NCBI GenBank assembly: GCA_043228905.1
Contig: JBHGNT010000022.1
Location: forward strand, 8,122,001 to 8,186,000
DNA length: 64,000 nucleotides
Origin: Azolla caroliniana
Lineage: Eukaryota > Plantae > Polypodiophyta
Direction: 5' to 3'
Part shown: positions 1-13,968 of the stretch, piece by piece
Numbering within the stretch: position 1 is the stretch's first letter
How the letters are laid out: each line of letters begins with the position of its first letter
Position numbers and translations under genes: made by a program
The notes under the pieces: model-generated
The model's input: the letters and a program-made list of their open reading frames with translations, nothing else
What the model was told of the DNA's origin: nothing
Database searches by the model: none

Positions 1-500
1 ATGTTGAGTGTTCTCCATGAACACATTGTATTGTACTATGTGTTGTATCTATACTAAATTAGTGTTTATTGGGGGATGTAAAGTACATGTGTTGTAGTAT
101 TAATTATCTTCTAAGGAGGGTTGTGTTCTCTGTGGACACATTGTACTGTATTGTGTATTGTATTTGTACTAAATCAGTATTAATGAATGTAAAGTACTCG
201 TCGTCAGCAACATGGTACTATCCGATATTGAAGAGTTTGTACTATTTATTTGTTAATTCATGTAGAGTGCTTTCCATGAATTCATTGTACTATGCTTTGT
301 GTTGTATCCGTACTAAATTAGTATTAATGGATGCCAAGTTGACATGGTTGACAACATAGTACTATTTATCTTTTAATAAGTGTAGAGTGTTCTCAATGGA
401 TACGTTGTGCTATGCTTTGTTTTGAATGTGTACTAAATCAATATTAATGGATGTGTAGTACTCTCAATTGACAACATAGTACTAATTTTGTTGGAAACTT
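1..500. repeat. Degenerate tandem repeat (units about 120-140 bp), probably intronic within the DNA transposon
   Basis: The block gagtgttctc...ttgtactatg...gtactaaat(t/c)agtattaatggatg...acaacatagtacta recurs about 4 times. Confidence 0.7.
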
Positions 501-510
501 GAGATACAAA

Positions 511-1401
511 AGCAGGTATTTCTCCTTATTCAACATTCGTATGCAATGGAACTACTTCGGGTCTGGACATGGAAAAGGAGAGCATGATGGCGCGGGGGCT
601 GTGATCAAACGTGCCCTTACAAGTGAGCAGTTGGATAATAATGGTGCTAAGTTACAAAATGCACATGATGTTGTGTAGTGGCTAACATGGAAGATGTCAA
701 ATGATGGTAAGAATAGATTGTTTGTTGAAGTTTGCGTTGATGAGGTTGATAGAACTAAATCATATGGTTGTAAAACCGTGAAAGGCACACGCAGCACCCA
801 TTGTGTATTAGGGTTTAGCCGCAAGGACACAACACAATTGTTACTCCGTACTTTATCATGCTTTTGTTCCATGTGTATAGATGAAGCTTGGGATAAATGC
901 ATCAACCTATCAATCGTCGAGCCCTGGAAGCTGCAGAAGCTTGAGCCTGAACGACAAGATGATATTGAAGAGGATGCGCATTCAAACGATATTGTATACT
1001 ACAACCAACATCAAGACTTGGTAGTTTTATTGGAAGTTGGAGATCATTTTGCAGTGCTCAAATCTCCTCAGAATGAAGATTTAGAAGACTACTACATTGT
1101 GGTGTGCCAGCAAGGCAAGACATTATTGAAAGAAGTGGTGAGGGATGGTTGGGGCAACAATTTCAATGTTGGTGAGTCTGTCGTGTATGGAAACTATTAT
1201 GCAAAGTTGCTGCAGTGCAAGAACAAATATGCATTACTAAAAGAAGCACCGATCGCAATAATCTACATTGATGCCATTCTTGCGATCAAATTCAATATGA
1301 CTCAAGCAAAGCACAAGGTTAAGGGATACAACACTGTCTACAAGGTCCCCCAAGAGGTTCATGAGCACATATTAGGGGAGGTCTCTCTATTTAATGCTTG
1401 A
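511..1401 (+). pseudogene. 3' part of a DDE-type DNA transposase with an HGKGxxDG motif (Sola2-like), carrying one premature stop
   Basis: Frame 1 from 541 reads MQWNYFGSGHGKGEHDGAGAVIKR, has TAG at 676-678, then continues in frame into ORF 694-1401 (VKGTRSTH, LSCFCSMC). Confidence 0.65.
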
Positions 1402-1574
1402 AAGTCAACCTATCAATACATTGTACCAGAAAACTGAAAAACATCCACTTGTAGTTCACTATTTGATGTATTGATATGTTAATTTTGATGATTGACAAAT
1501 GAATCGATATATTTTGTGTTTCTTCTATTATGTATTATGAATCGATATATTTGATGTATTGAGACTATTTATTG

Positions 1575-2552
1575 AGCTTGTATTGTAAGTGTTTATGGTA
1601 ATTATAGAGTTGCTTGTTTCCATGGTTTAAGGTGTGAAGTCTTCAATACTTTTGTATTGTCAGTGTTTATGGTAATTATAGAGTTGCTTGTTTCTATGGT
1701 TTAAGGTGTGAAGTCTTGAATACTTAGTAGCCTAAAGCTTGTTTCTATGGTTTAAGGTGTGAAGTCTTGAATACTTAGTAGCCTAAATATGGCCCAAACT
1801 TATTCAACTATCAAGTCTCTATTGTGTGCACTCAAGTCATTATTCAACTCTAACCATGTGCACTCAAGGAGACCATACTTCGCAAGTATCAATATACATA
1901 TTAGTACTAACGCAAGTATCAATATACATATTAGTTTAGTACTAATGTCAATTGCAAGTATTATGTAATACATAGCAGTCTCCCAATGTCAATTGCAAGT
2001 ATTAAGTAATACATAGTAGTCTCCCAAAGTATCTCAGTTAGACGGATACATACATCTGATGTAAAGTTCGGTTGCATGACAGTATATAGCAGTCTTCTAA
2101 ATCTTCATCTGGTATAATGAACTGTATATAGCATCTCAGTTAACAATATAGAATTTTATTTGTAATCAACACAATCATGGTTGCATGGGAGTGTGATAAA
2201 TTCGTACCTCCCTCACCAAAGATCATTTCATAATTAGCAATATAGAAATTCAGATTACACTACAACACTAGATGAGTGATCTGATCTTCACAGCATTTCA
2301 GAGTTAACAATAGAATACATTTTCATTCTCTACAATTGGCAATATAGAATTTCACACTGGTATAACTACTGGATTTTGGTATACCAAATAGTTCAATTTC
2401 AGACATCACTAACAGTTCAACTAAAGTTCAAGTACAATCGAAAGACACTGGTATAACTATTTCAGATAAATGAGACAGTATTTTGGTATACCAAATAGTT
2501 CAATTTCAGACATCACTAACAGTTCAGCTAAAGTTCAAGTACAATTGAAAGA
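1575..2552. repeat. Cluster of short tandem duplications between the two convergent transposon genes
   Basis: gtttc(c/t)atggtttaaggtgtgaagtctt x3 (1615-1770); cgcaagtatcaatatacatattag x2; aatgtcaattgcaagtatta x2; ttttggtataccaaatagttcaatttcagacatcactaacagttca x2. Confidence 0.8.
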
Positions 2553-2555
2553 CAA

Positions 2556-5400
2556 TCAGGCACTAGAGGGCAATTTGGCCGATCTTGTAATGCGCTTGTT
2601 GTTGGTGCCAATTTTTTCTGATTTTACATTCTTCTTTAACTTAAAGCCTTTAGGTATCAGCTGACTAAGTGGCACTTCATCATCAGAGGCATCAGAGACA
2701 GGCGTGGATCCACGGGCACCTTGTACTAGTGGCAAGCTTGAGAGAGCAACTGTGTTTTCTGCAACTGCAATGCTTGTACACACATCCACAAAGGTACTGT
2801 CGATAGACAAATTATCACTCATCTCCTGAATGTGGGTTGTTTTACTACTCATGTTGTTGATAGTATGCTCAGTCTCAGTACAATTAGGCTCTTGTATGTG
2901 GGCCATAGCAATACTCCTGGCGAACTCTTGGCTGGTGATAGTCACCTCATTCTTAAGACCACTGTGCTCTCCTTCTTGGGTGATCTTTATTGCCCTATCG
3001 TCATCACCGATGCTTGTACACTCGTTCTTAATACAATTAGACTCCTATATGTGGACTGTGGCAGTAGTCATGGTCAACTCCTCTTGTACGGCGGTTGTCA
3101 CCTCATTCTTAAGACAATCGTGCTCCCCTTCTTGGGTAGTCTTTATTACCTGGTCCTCATGGGTGATGCTATTAGTAACGATGTTCTTTCCACTATCCTC
3201 ATGGGATTCTTTAGATACTACTAGCACATTCTCAGTACAATCAAGCTCCTCTTCAGTACTAGCGATGTTCTTTCCACACTCCTCATGGGAATCTTTAGAC
3301 ACTACAGATACATTCTCAGTACAATCAGTCTTCTCTTCAGTACTTGCCATATTCTTTCCACACTCCTCATGGGCTTCTTTAGACAAATTTTTGTTTGTAC
3401 ATGCCAGCTGCTCTTCAAATATGAATGCTTCGTTTTTCTCACAGTCCTGATGTGTGGAAGATGTGCTTAATCCAACAAATGTAGATTGGATTTTAGTACT
3501 AACGTGGTATTTTGCACACAAGTAATACTAAACATGATATGTGTTCTACACACCTAATTACATAACTTGTACTAATTACACCAACAATATTAATCTTGAA
3601 TAGTATTAGTACTAAACGTGATATGTGTTTGACACACCTCATTTCAAAATTACACAAACTGTACTAATATTCAACAATTTACTATACACCTTGTTACCAA
3701 ATTACATAACTAGTACTAATTCCCAAGTTACACAAACGATACTAACAGTCAACAGTGTACTACAATACAAGTATAGTGTCTACTAAACTAGTACTAGGCA
3801 AGTTGCAATATAGATTGGACGATGTTGTACCTGGTTCCCTTTTAGTACTAATTCTGGAAAATATCCCTTCAACTACACATACCAATGATATATTAAGAGT
3901 ACTACCAACCCACATAATTAGGGTTCCACATATTAGTTGTTAGAGATACACTAATACTAATCCATTGTTCTCCTAAATTTGAAGTATGAATTGTGGCGTA
4001 CACTAGTTCTAATCCAAATGTAAATTGACATCATATAATACAAACAATAGAATAGTAGAGCCAAATATCGTATGGGTGTACTTTTAAACCCCAAGCATAG
4101 TACCACTCAACCGCAATTGTAGTTTTACAGTCCATACATGTATTCTCTTTCTCAAAATGATACTTAGCACATAACACATGATATGTGTGCAAGCACGATG
4201 TAATCACAACATCCATAGCCTCCAGCTTGAATCCGAGGCCACAAAATATACACCTGGCAGATTGCAAACACAAGTTATAATATATTAGCTAATATGATAT
4301 TTATACCACAGAAGTAGAAATAAATAACTTTTAAAGCCAATACCGTGATATAGCTATACTAGTAATGGTACTTTCCATATCACTTGGGTGCTCAATTACA
4401 GATGGACACAAAGTTTCAAAACCTTTTTGTTTTAAATCCTGCATCAAGCACGCAAGGTTCTCGGAATGTAATTTTAAAGCTGACAACCTATGATCTATTT
4501 CGGAATGTGCATTCCTGCAAGTATCAAGGTCTCTCATCTATGAACCTAATTGAGTGCCCATATTGTTTAGCTCTTTCTTCAACTCCTCTTTCAACACCTC
4601 ACTTTCTGAATTTTGGATTGTCGATGTAATCCATTCATATATACTCTTTAATGAAGAGAATTTCTTTTCTGCCTGTATCTCAACTGATTTAACTGCTTCC
4701 AAATCAGCAAGTAGTGCTTGTATTCTTGAGCTCATAGAAGCTATGCAACTGGCCATCATCTGTTCATGCTTTTCAGTCATTGTGGCCCGTACCTTTGCAG
4801 ATTGAACTTGGTGGACAGGTGTTGTAGTCGGAATATCCACATGAGAGGTTCTCGATGACTTCAAGCCAGTGTTGGTATTGGAGGACCCTTTATAATGTTC
4901 TGACCAATGCCGATTAAAATCTTCCCAATCTATGTTGATGCCACCCTGAACTTCACATGCAAATGCACGTGGAAAAACAGTACCCACCTCATTGTTACAG
5001 ATTTGATTTGTATCATAAACATGTTAATATATCATCTTCAATAAGTTCACATATTCCCTCTTCAATCCTCTTATGTGGAATCCTCGCATTGTATTGGGAT
5101 GTGCTGACCCCCAGGTTTTTATCAACCACTCTCTCAACTAAGGATAAACTTCAGGTGGTGCTCGAAGGAAATAACTCCATCTGAGAGGTGTGTCTCGAAT
5201 GATGGAGTGGTACATCTTCTTTCTCTATGTTGATGAATTCATCACCCTTTCTCTTGTGGGTGTCTTCTTGCTTTCTTTGATAGGTGTCCTTTTTCCTTCC
5301 TTCACTGGTGTCTTCACTTTCTCTTTCATCAATGTCTTCTTTATGGGTGTCCTCTCGTCATTGTCCTAGTCATCACTATTCTCGTTGAATGAATATGCAT
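2556..5400 (-). pseudogene. Multi-exon transposon accessory gene: K/T/P-rich N-terminus, coiled coil, RING-H2 finger, acidic repeated C-terminus
   Basis: Co-oriented ORFs 4538-4987, 4331-4537, 4031-4273, 3045-3521 and 2556-2945. CIFC-x15-CLHTYHVLC-x10-CMDC fits RING-H2. The ~27-aa repeat DCTENVxVVSKxSHEECGKNIAST occurs about 3 times. Internal stops are present. Confidence 0.55.
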
Positions 5401-5439
5401 GTACTAGAATAAAACTCATCAAATTACCATCAACACATT

Positions 5440-5975
5440 GCATGTACAAGCCATGTCAAACACACAAAAACCCTAAATAGTTGGAAAAAACTCATCCATG
5501 TCAAACAAACACAAAATAAAAACAGATGGACAGGAAACACCAACAAAACGAAAACATAGCCAACTCCATCTAAGTTGCATGTACAAACCATGTCAAACAC
5601 ACAACCACCCTAAACATTCGGAAGAAAACTCATCCATGTCTAACACATACAAATTAAAAACAGACAGACAGGAAACACAGAGAAAACGAAAACATAACAA
5701 CTCATCATAGCCAACTCCATCTAAGTTGCATGTACAAACCATGTCAAACACACAACCACCCTAAACAGTTGGAAGAAAACTCATCCATGTCAAACACATA
5801 CAAATTAAAAACAAACAGATAGGAAACACAGAAAAAATGAAAACATACCAGTTGGGCATGCAACACATAGACTATGAATAATCAAAACCTAAAAATGCCC
5901 ATACACATACAAATTAAAAACAGACGAACAGGAAACACAGAGAAAACGAAAACATACCAGTTGGGCATGTAGCAC
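5440..5975. repeat. Tandem repeat (units about 120-130 bp) in the transposon subterminal/intron region
   Basis: ttgcatgtacaa(g/a)ccatgtcaaacacacaa...ccctaaa...aactcatccatgtc...aggaaacac...aaaacata occurs 3-4 times. Confidence 0.8.
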
Positions 5976-6438
5976 AGAGAATACCTGGAGGTCATACAAG
6001 CTGCAGATGGATTGATGGGTCGAAGGCAATTGGAGCCAAGGTCAAGGCAGAGGTACCACACCGTGTTGATTTCGACACCTTGGGAGCACACCAAGCCTTC
6101 AAAATCACCTATATGCAAGAGGTTGTTGACGAGGCTACTGTAGAGGAGACAAACGAGCATACACAAGGAAAGAAAATCAACAACGAGAACATCAATCCGG
6201 GGAAACAAAAATCTCTGCATATACAGAGATAGAGATCGAACCTGGCACAGAGGGGAACACAACAACAACTACGCGGGGAAACAGAGAATCGAAGGTGGAG
6301 TGAGAGAGAGAAACAGAAAGAAAGAAAGAAACAGAGATTCAAAGGTGGAGTGAGAGAGAGAAAGAGAGAGAAAGGTAATAGATATGTGTCTTCTTTCTAA
6401 CTTTCTACCACTGTCTGTCTAACAACTTCGAGACCGAA

Positions 6439-6476
<38 letters not shown>

Positions 6477-7019
6477 GAGAGACTGAGACTGAGACTGACC
6501 AAGTGTCACATTCGAAACCTTCTCCAAGTGTGCTTTCGTACAACTCTACCTAGGAGAATGAAATTACAATTAATGTATTAAATACGGTCTTGGGACATTT
6601 TGAGTGTAATGTATAATATCTTTGTACATTCAAGTGTGACGTAATGAATTTGTTATTTGAAATTTGTCAAGATAATAATTGTTTTATTTTCAATTTTTAA
6701 TGTTTATTTTCTTCCTCAATTTAGTACTAAATTTTTGGCCAAAAGTTGGTACACCATAGCATGCTTCGACCCCTAAGTAAAGCTTTTTCCTAGAAAATAT
6801 GCGTGAAGTAACCTTTCTATGTGGGATATCTACTTTTCTAACATTTATAATGTGTTAGTGTAATGGTAAGGCTTCAAATTATTAACATGGAGGTACAAGG
6901 TTTGAATCTTGGCCTATACATGTAATATATATTTTGATATTTCTTTCTTTTTCTTCATATTTATTTAATCGGTTATTTTACACGTTTTTCACGTAGTTTA
7001 CAAAATACACTACGACAAT

Positions 7020-9010
7020 TTAAACTACCACCTTGCCTATCTTGCACATCCTCTATCATATTAAAGTCCCCAACTAATGCCCAATGATCAATCTGTTGGG
7101 GTACTTTTAATAAAATTCCACTCCAAAAACGAGTCCTCACTGCCTCTGAATTTGGGCCATAAAGATTAAGCAAACCCCACTTAATCTCTCTTATTTGAAA
7201 AACAATATATTGTGCTCTTTTATTCGATAATGATCCTGACATAATTACATGTGAGGCCCAAATATGTGAAATTGCAATACATAAACCCCCTTGAATATCG
7301 TTTGGACCAAAGGCCGGTAACCAAAAGTGTTGCCACCTCCTAGGGAGAAGATTTCCATATCTTAAGAGATGTCGTTCCCCTAAATGATGTTCCTAAATCA
7401 TGATCACATCTATTGTGCCTATGTAAGGTTTTCTCAATTCCTGTCTAAAAGCCCCTCTCATTCGTCGAAACCGATTACCTCCTAATCCTTGTAAATTCCA
7501 TGAGATTATATTCAGAACATCCATAAATAAACTAGGCATTATGAAACTATCCTTTTCTCCACCAAAACAAGACATCTACATATTCCTTCCTCAGCAACAC
7601 GTAATTGTCTTCTTGTTGTCATCATATCTTTATGAATATTTGTGTGAACGGATAGGGATCACCTTTTCCATTGTAGGATTATCCCCGGTACCCAAGGATA
7701 TTGCTGAAAAAGAGAAATCATTAGTACTCTAAGGACTTTCCTTTTCCAAAATCAAGAGAGAGTTTTGTTTTGATGTATCCTCCTCGTAGATTACTAAAGA
7801 TAACAGGTTTTCACAATTCATGTTAACACCCGAACATTCAATCTTTTGCCCTTTGTCTTGAGACATTGGGTGGGCTAAGGAATGAATGATATGTTTTCCT
7901 TTATCTCCCAATTGATTACCTTTGACTTGCCCCATAAACAAAGCCTCTAACTTATGATGGCTTGTAAGGGAGATTGTATCATTAAATTCTTTTAACGATA
8001 AGACTTCTTGATCCTATTTCGAGGATGATGGAATTTGTACTTCGGTGACTTTATTCACCTCCCTTAAATTATTTTTCAATGAAATATCACTACCTTCCTT
8101 GCTATTCAAAGGATTATACGGATTGCAATCCAACAAAAACATAGAATTTACCGAAGAATTAGTCTGTTTAAAAGAATGTTTAGTTGCAACTGGTGTCCAA
8201 TTTGATCTGCCCACCTTCGAAGTCGATTATAAGACCTCCTCTGATCAATAGCGTCTACGTGGACAATTCTTGCCTAAATACCCAAATTTTTTGCATATTA
8301 AACATTGATCCGGAAGACCATGATACATAATCCTCTTGGATAACGATTCGTTATGTCCCTGCAGATTCAACAACAAAACATAAGATGGTAATTCAGTATT
8401 CCTAGGTGCCAAAATCCTCAATGAAGGTGCTCCTCGTATGCGTTCATCATCTTGTGAAGTCTCATTTTTAATAGCTATCACTGTGCCAAGAAGAGAGCTT
8501 ATTTGGGTTAACATTTGATGTCATTGTTTCTTCAATCTGGGGAAAATGGTGGTAAAAATCATATGGGCCTCTTTGTTCTTCAGAATATCATCAGTAATCA
8601 CATTATGATTCCACTTATAAAAAGATATCCACGCACCTTGCAACGATGTATGCTTGATCTCCTACAAACGACCAATGGACAAATGATCGGAAAACTCCAA
8701 ATGATAACATCCTTTGCCCATAAATTGTATGTCTACCACATTATTTACTTTTTCCGGAAAGATCACATACAACATATGACGTAATTCTAGCCTATTCGGC
8801 CTTAATCCTTCCATATGTGCCACCAACGAGACCGCCTCCAACCGATGTACTTTTGTCAACACTAGGGTTTTTTCATTATTTGGCAAGGAGAGTGAGACGA
8901 CCTTACCTGAAATATGAGGAGAGATGATAGGCGGAGAGACGACATTAAACATTGATATGGAACTCCCTCTCTGTGTTGACTTAGGTGCCGCTCGGCGCTC
9001 AGCCATCACT
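7020..9010 (-). mobile_element. L1-type LINE 5' portion (ORF1 plus APE endonuclease start of ORF2), degenerate
   Basis: ORF1 pieces 8662-9009 and 8245-8514 with the zinc-knuckle-like CLICKKFGYLGKNC. Endonuclease motifs IISWNLQGLG, LLNLYGPN and WALVGDFN. Confidence 0.85.
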
Positions 9011-9649
9011 CATTCATCTGCTCACAGTTCAGCCCGTTTCTCTGCTCCATAGTTCTACCACACCCAAAACAATTTGAAATCCTACTTTTCGTGGGGTCTC
9101 TTTGTGTATTCCTCTTGCGGTTTACTCTCATAGAATGGCATAATGTAAACGTTTTGTGGATTGCTCTTGTGCTATCTCTTCACGGATTGACTTCATGAGA
9201 TCCTTTCGCATGATGCCCTTGTGTGTTGAACGAGCGCTTGCGCAAATAATGGGTGCTTGGGACATGAACCAACTCTCATGCTTTTAAAGGGCTCTCGTGT
9301 AATGGAGGAGTTTTTATGGATTCCAAGGACACTCATGTTTTAGGTGCTCGTGTAAAGAATGCGTGCTTGGGACATGAATCAATGATCATGTTGAAGGTCC
9401 AAAAGCATTCATGGAATGAATCCACAATTGTGCATTGAATCTACAATAATAGATTGAACCCACAGAGGGTACTCTTGGGGATTCCACCAAGAGCCTTTTG
9501 TGGAAAAAATCTATGAAACATGAATCAATGCCCCCACCCCACCCCCCTGCTACTTGTTGATGACTAGCAAAGAAGAGGTTGGTTGGCGACTATTGCTACA
9601 TCCATTGCGCCTCTATCACCGGCCGATGCTAACATCACTTCTTGTTGCA

Positions 9650-9880
9650 GGTTATGTCACCCCTCACATTTATACACACAATGTATATGCACACTTCCAT
9701 ATTTTGATAGATACGTATATACATATACATAAATACATACACATCCATATATACATACTTACATACACACACAAGTACACACACACTTACATTGTATTTA
9801 CTCATACATACCTTGCACATTATCATTTATATGAACATTTACATAGACACACATACACAAAAATACTCTCATATACTTAT
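9650..9880. repeat. (CA/TA)-rich low-complexity tract
   Basis: Runs such as atacatatacataaatacatacacatcc... Confidence 0.7.
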
Positions 9881-9979
9881 GCAATCTTAAACCCATCCAT
9901 TTACCAAAGCACCCCTACACACTCCCTTGCTTTCTCAACTCGCAACATCTCAACCTACGTGGTCTTCCCATCCCACAAT

Positions 9980-12145
9980 CTCACCAAAGCATCCTGGATA
10001 TAGAATTTGCAGATGACACATCGGTTTACTTGCAAGGGGACTTGGCAAACCTACAAAAGCTCGAAAGTGGGTTAGTCATGTTTTGCAAGAGATCCAATGC
10101 CATGATCAATTGGCACAAATCCTGTGCAATATGGTTTTCTCATGAAACACATATTGCGTGGCACCCACATCCCGCTTTCAAATGGATCAATCAAGGAGCG
10201 AGCACCAAATATTTGGGTTTCCAAATTGGTTTCAACATACCACCGGAGACTATGATTGCACCTGTTATCCATTCCATTCGACAAAAGTTGATACATTGGA
10301 GTTCAAGAAAACTATCGCTAGCGGGTCACATCATAGTGGCAAACCAGGTACTACTCGCAATAACATGGTACAGTCAATCTCCAAGGAAAGTATACATCAG
10401 ATTCAACGACTGGTACGCAACTACATTTGGTCTGGTAAAGAAGATCATGTAACTCACGCAAAGGTGGTGTGACCTATACTCACAACAGCTAAGTCGAGTG
10501 GGGGATTGGGTCTTATTGATCCCCTCTCACAATAAAAAACCTTGCCAAATTTGTGGTGTGAGGACTCCTACCAGGAAATGACTGTTGGAAAATGCTACCA
10601 CGGTTACATTTTGCATACTTTAGGTCACGAAAAGGGGTCAATTGGGCCCCCCAAACGGCTTGGATTCTAAACATGGATCGCAAACCTAGTTTCTCCCACC
10701 AATTCGAGGATAGATTCAGTGCATCCATGTGGAAGGCATGGTGTGACGAGGGCTCCAGTGCGATCAACCGAGTTTCGAACCTGCCTGGCTCAATCAACAT
10801 ATCCTTTGGAACTCATGTATCAAGGATGAATTTAATCAACTACTTGGATCAAGTAACGGGTTGTCATGGGGTTACATTGTAGAAGGTCTAGGAAAAACTA
10901 TAGAATGTTGGAGACGGTTTATGTCACTGCCACTACAAGATCAAGCCAACATACTCCATGGAATCAAGGGCGGATGGACTATGAGATCGAAAATCATTAA
11001 CGCTCTATTGATTAGGGAAGCTTCTACTCAAAGGACGACAATGGAGAAATGGATAGGATAAGAGGAGGAGGGATCATTGATCCCGAGAGGTAGGGGATCA
11101 CCGGACAGGATCAAAGGCTATAAATTACGAGGCCCTGAGACACCAACACAAAATAACACAATTTGAGTACTCATGTATACTGGTAATAAATGGATTGTAG
11201 ATCCTGATCCGATTAAAGTACAACACATGGCTACGTAAGGTCAGTTGGGACCCTTTGGAATGGACATGGCGTGATCCTTACGCGGGGCTAGGAAGCAAAC
11301 CCATCCCTTTCTTCCAATTCAATACTAGATTGGGTCGCCACATTCTAGCTGCTCAAACCATCCGAGAGCCGGCTGCTGCAAAGGACTGGCACACATATCA
11401 AGTTCCTCACACAATTATCACCAAGTTTTGGCAGAAAATCTGGAAACAACAACACACGAGGTGAATTACCACGTTCTAATGGCTATTAATACATAAGTCA
11501 CTACCGGTGGGAACCTTAGCTCTCGTAATTGTGTAGAGTGTCCAAATGCAGTAGAATCAATGCGACACGCTCTGTGGGACTGCCCAACGTCCCATCAAAT
11601 ATGGCGGGGGGTTGGCCACTTGTTGCAATTATGCCAGGTGCAAGGCTCAATCAAGTGGGGAAATATATATTGGCTATTATGGCAGATACCAACATCATGA
11701 GGAGGGGATGACTTTGGTGATAAAAGCACAAGAGGTTTTTTTCTCCACCATCGGCAATGTCCACTCAACTCCTCTTAATGACAAATATCAAGTTATGTTG
11801 GAATTGGTCCGCCCAATAACTCTTTGGATTCTTTGGTAACAATGGTGTAGATGGGTCTTCTCCAATCAAACCGTGCATCCAACAATGTTACTGCAAGTGA
11901 TATGGAGTGAAATTGTAGCCACTCTAAAGAGCCAATATGATGGCCTCAAGGGCGACGCCGATGGAGTTGAAAGACAATGAATTGCCTTCATCCAACAATG
12001 GTCGTCCTCTCCCTTTATTGAGTCAGTGGGCATCCACATAAGATGGAACTATCGCGTCCCTACAGGGATTTGTACATAATAATCTCATTTGTAAATTTTA
12101 TAACTAATGGAAGGAGTTTTTGTTTTGGAATTTTATTTTTTTTTA
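9980..12145 (+). mobile_element. L1-type LINE 3' portion (RT C-terminus, zf-RVT-like region, 3' UTR), degenerate
   Basis: FADDTSVYL at about 10006, KYLGF, WSSRKLSLAG, GGLGL, HKSLPVG, ESMRHALWDCP; many stops and frameshifts. Confidence 0.85.
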
Positions 12146-12182
12146 AATCAATGAATATTAATAAGATAATACATTCATACAC

Positions 12183-12203
12183 GGGGGGGGGGGGGGGGGG
12201 GGG
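12183..12203. repeat. Poly-G homopolymer (21 nt)
   Basis: Seen directly in the sequence. Confidence 0.9.
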
Positions 12204-13395
12204 TAATAATTCATGACATTATGTTGAGAGAAAGGTGTATGTGGTGCAATATTCACATGGCTTCCATCAATGGATTATGTCCTCCACACATGTATTAGTA
12301 TATAAAGGCACATAGGTCCTCTCATTTAACATCTTATCCACAAACAATGTAAATTCAATTTCCTTCACTACTTTTTAAGCATTCCATATGGTGGAGAATG
12401 ATAAACATTGACACCTTAAGATTACGACTTTTCACATACTTTTAGTGGTCCCAAGTACCATAATTCTCATAAACATTGCCTCCACTTTCTCCCCCAAAAA
12501 ATGTCTCCAAGAAGGGACAATAGAATATATATGATAATTCCTTCAGAAGACACAACTTGAGTGTAACCACAATGGTCGATTTCCATACTATTTATACTCA
12601 TTGCTTTCAATGTAAATACAATTTTATAAATATGAATTATTATTCCAATGAATTCGTAGTTGTATTTATTGTGTTTAAAATTCGTAATACTACTAAATTC
12701 AACGAAGTCACTCCTTTGTCCAGACTAATATGGACAACTACGCCTCTAGTGTTAAGTTTATGGGGTTATTTGTTGTGGATAATTTTTTCATGACTATTGA
12801 ATTCAATGGAGTCAATCCTACGTCAGTGCTACATTGAACAACATATCACACTTGACTACTATGTGCTCGAGAGTCGAATACTGATGCAAGCCAGTCTTAA
12901 AATAGATATTCATATCACCATATGGAAGAATGTGAAAACGGATACTCAAGTCGGTCCCCAATTGTAGCTTTGGACAACATTTAACGTCACCATGTAGATG
13001 TACCTTCATTTCTTTTAAAACAGATATCATGATGTGGAGATTATTACTTCCATGTTGAAACACACAACTACTCTCAGTCCGGTTTGGCAATAACCAATGT
13101 TATAATGTAGCTATATCACTCGATTCAATGCCCAAATTACTTTCCATCCCAATCACCCCAAAGCATATGTCTCATGGAAGCATCTCTCTTTGCTAATCAT
13201 CCCACATGCCAATTAGAATTAGAATTTTTATCGTCCATAAAGAGGCCAATTGGTGTGAATTCCCATGGGAAAATTTGTGACACAAGTACACTCAATGAAC
13301 TAGCCGAAGAGAGAAGAGGATGAAGGGTTCTCTAACAAATAAATACCCCATAAGTTGTGAGTGAGAACCATAATTTTACACCTTCAAAGAGAGCC

Positions 13396-13930
13396 ATGGT
13401 ACTAGAGCTGGTCACGCCGGCGGCCCCCCGGAATCCGCACGTGCTACTTTTCCCGTTCCCAGAACAAGGCCACATCAATCCTCTCTTAGACATAGCCTTC
13501 CGGTTAAGCGCATCTGGCATATTGTCCACGTTCCTAATGCCGGTCCATTTGGATACCCACCATGGCGAATCGGCACCCGAGGAAAACCTCCGGTTTGCAG
13601 CCTTAGAACTCCCGCCCGAGACCACCCATAAGTTGTTGGCCTGCGTCGGCTCGTGGAAGGCAACCTCTGAGATCTTGGCAACTCACTTCCTGGGTCCTCT
13701 CCGGAGCTTCATTCTCTCCTCCGCCAAGGCAAGTAGTGGCTACCATGACCTTCTTCCGCCCCCCCCCATTTCTTGCCTCATTTCAGACACTTTCATGCCA
13801 TGGACGGTTGATCTGGCCAGTGATCTTGGCATCCCTCATGTGGAGATGTGGACAGGCTCTGCATCCACTTATGTGTTCGGCTCCTCCATACTACAACTCA
13901 TCTCGATGGGCATCTTACCCTTCAAACAAG

Positions 13931-13968
<38 letters not shown>

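Larger units (their letters stand above)
1..6772 (+). mobile_element. Right-hand part of a large cut-and-paste DNA transposon (Sola2-like); left end lies outside the window
   Basis: Transposase exon, convergent second gene, internal tandem repeats, and a candidate terminus CATGCTTCGACCC (6760-6772) resembling the MITE TIR end CATGCTTTCACCC (47774-47786). Confidence 0.5.

Noticed and set aside
2830-3450. 206-aa hydrophobic ORF resembling a membrane protein
   Set aside because: Antisense shadow of the E/K/T-rich minus-strand repeat exon.
9554-10003. 149-aa His/Tyr/Thr-rich ORF
   Set aside because: Product of a CA/TA low-complexity tract.
12183-12203. Poly-G as a functional G-quadruplex
   Set aside because: An isolated homopolymer with no supporting context; its length may be a sequencing artefact.
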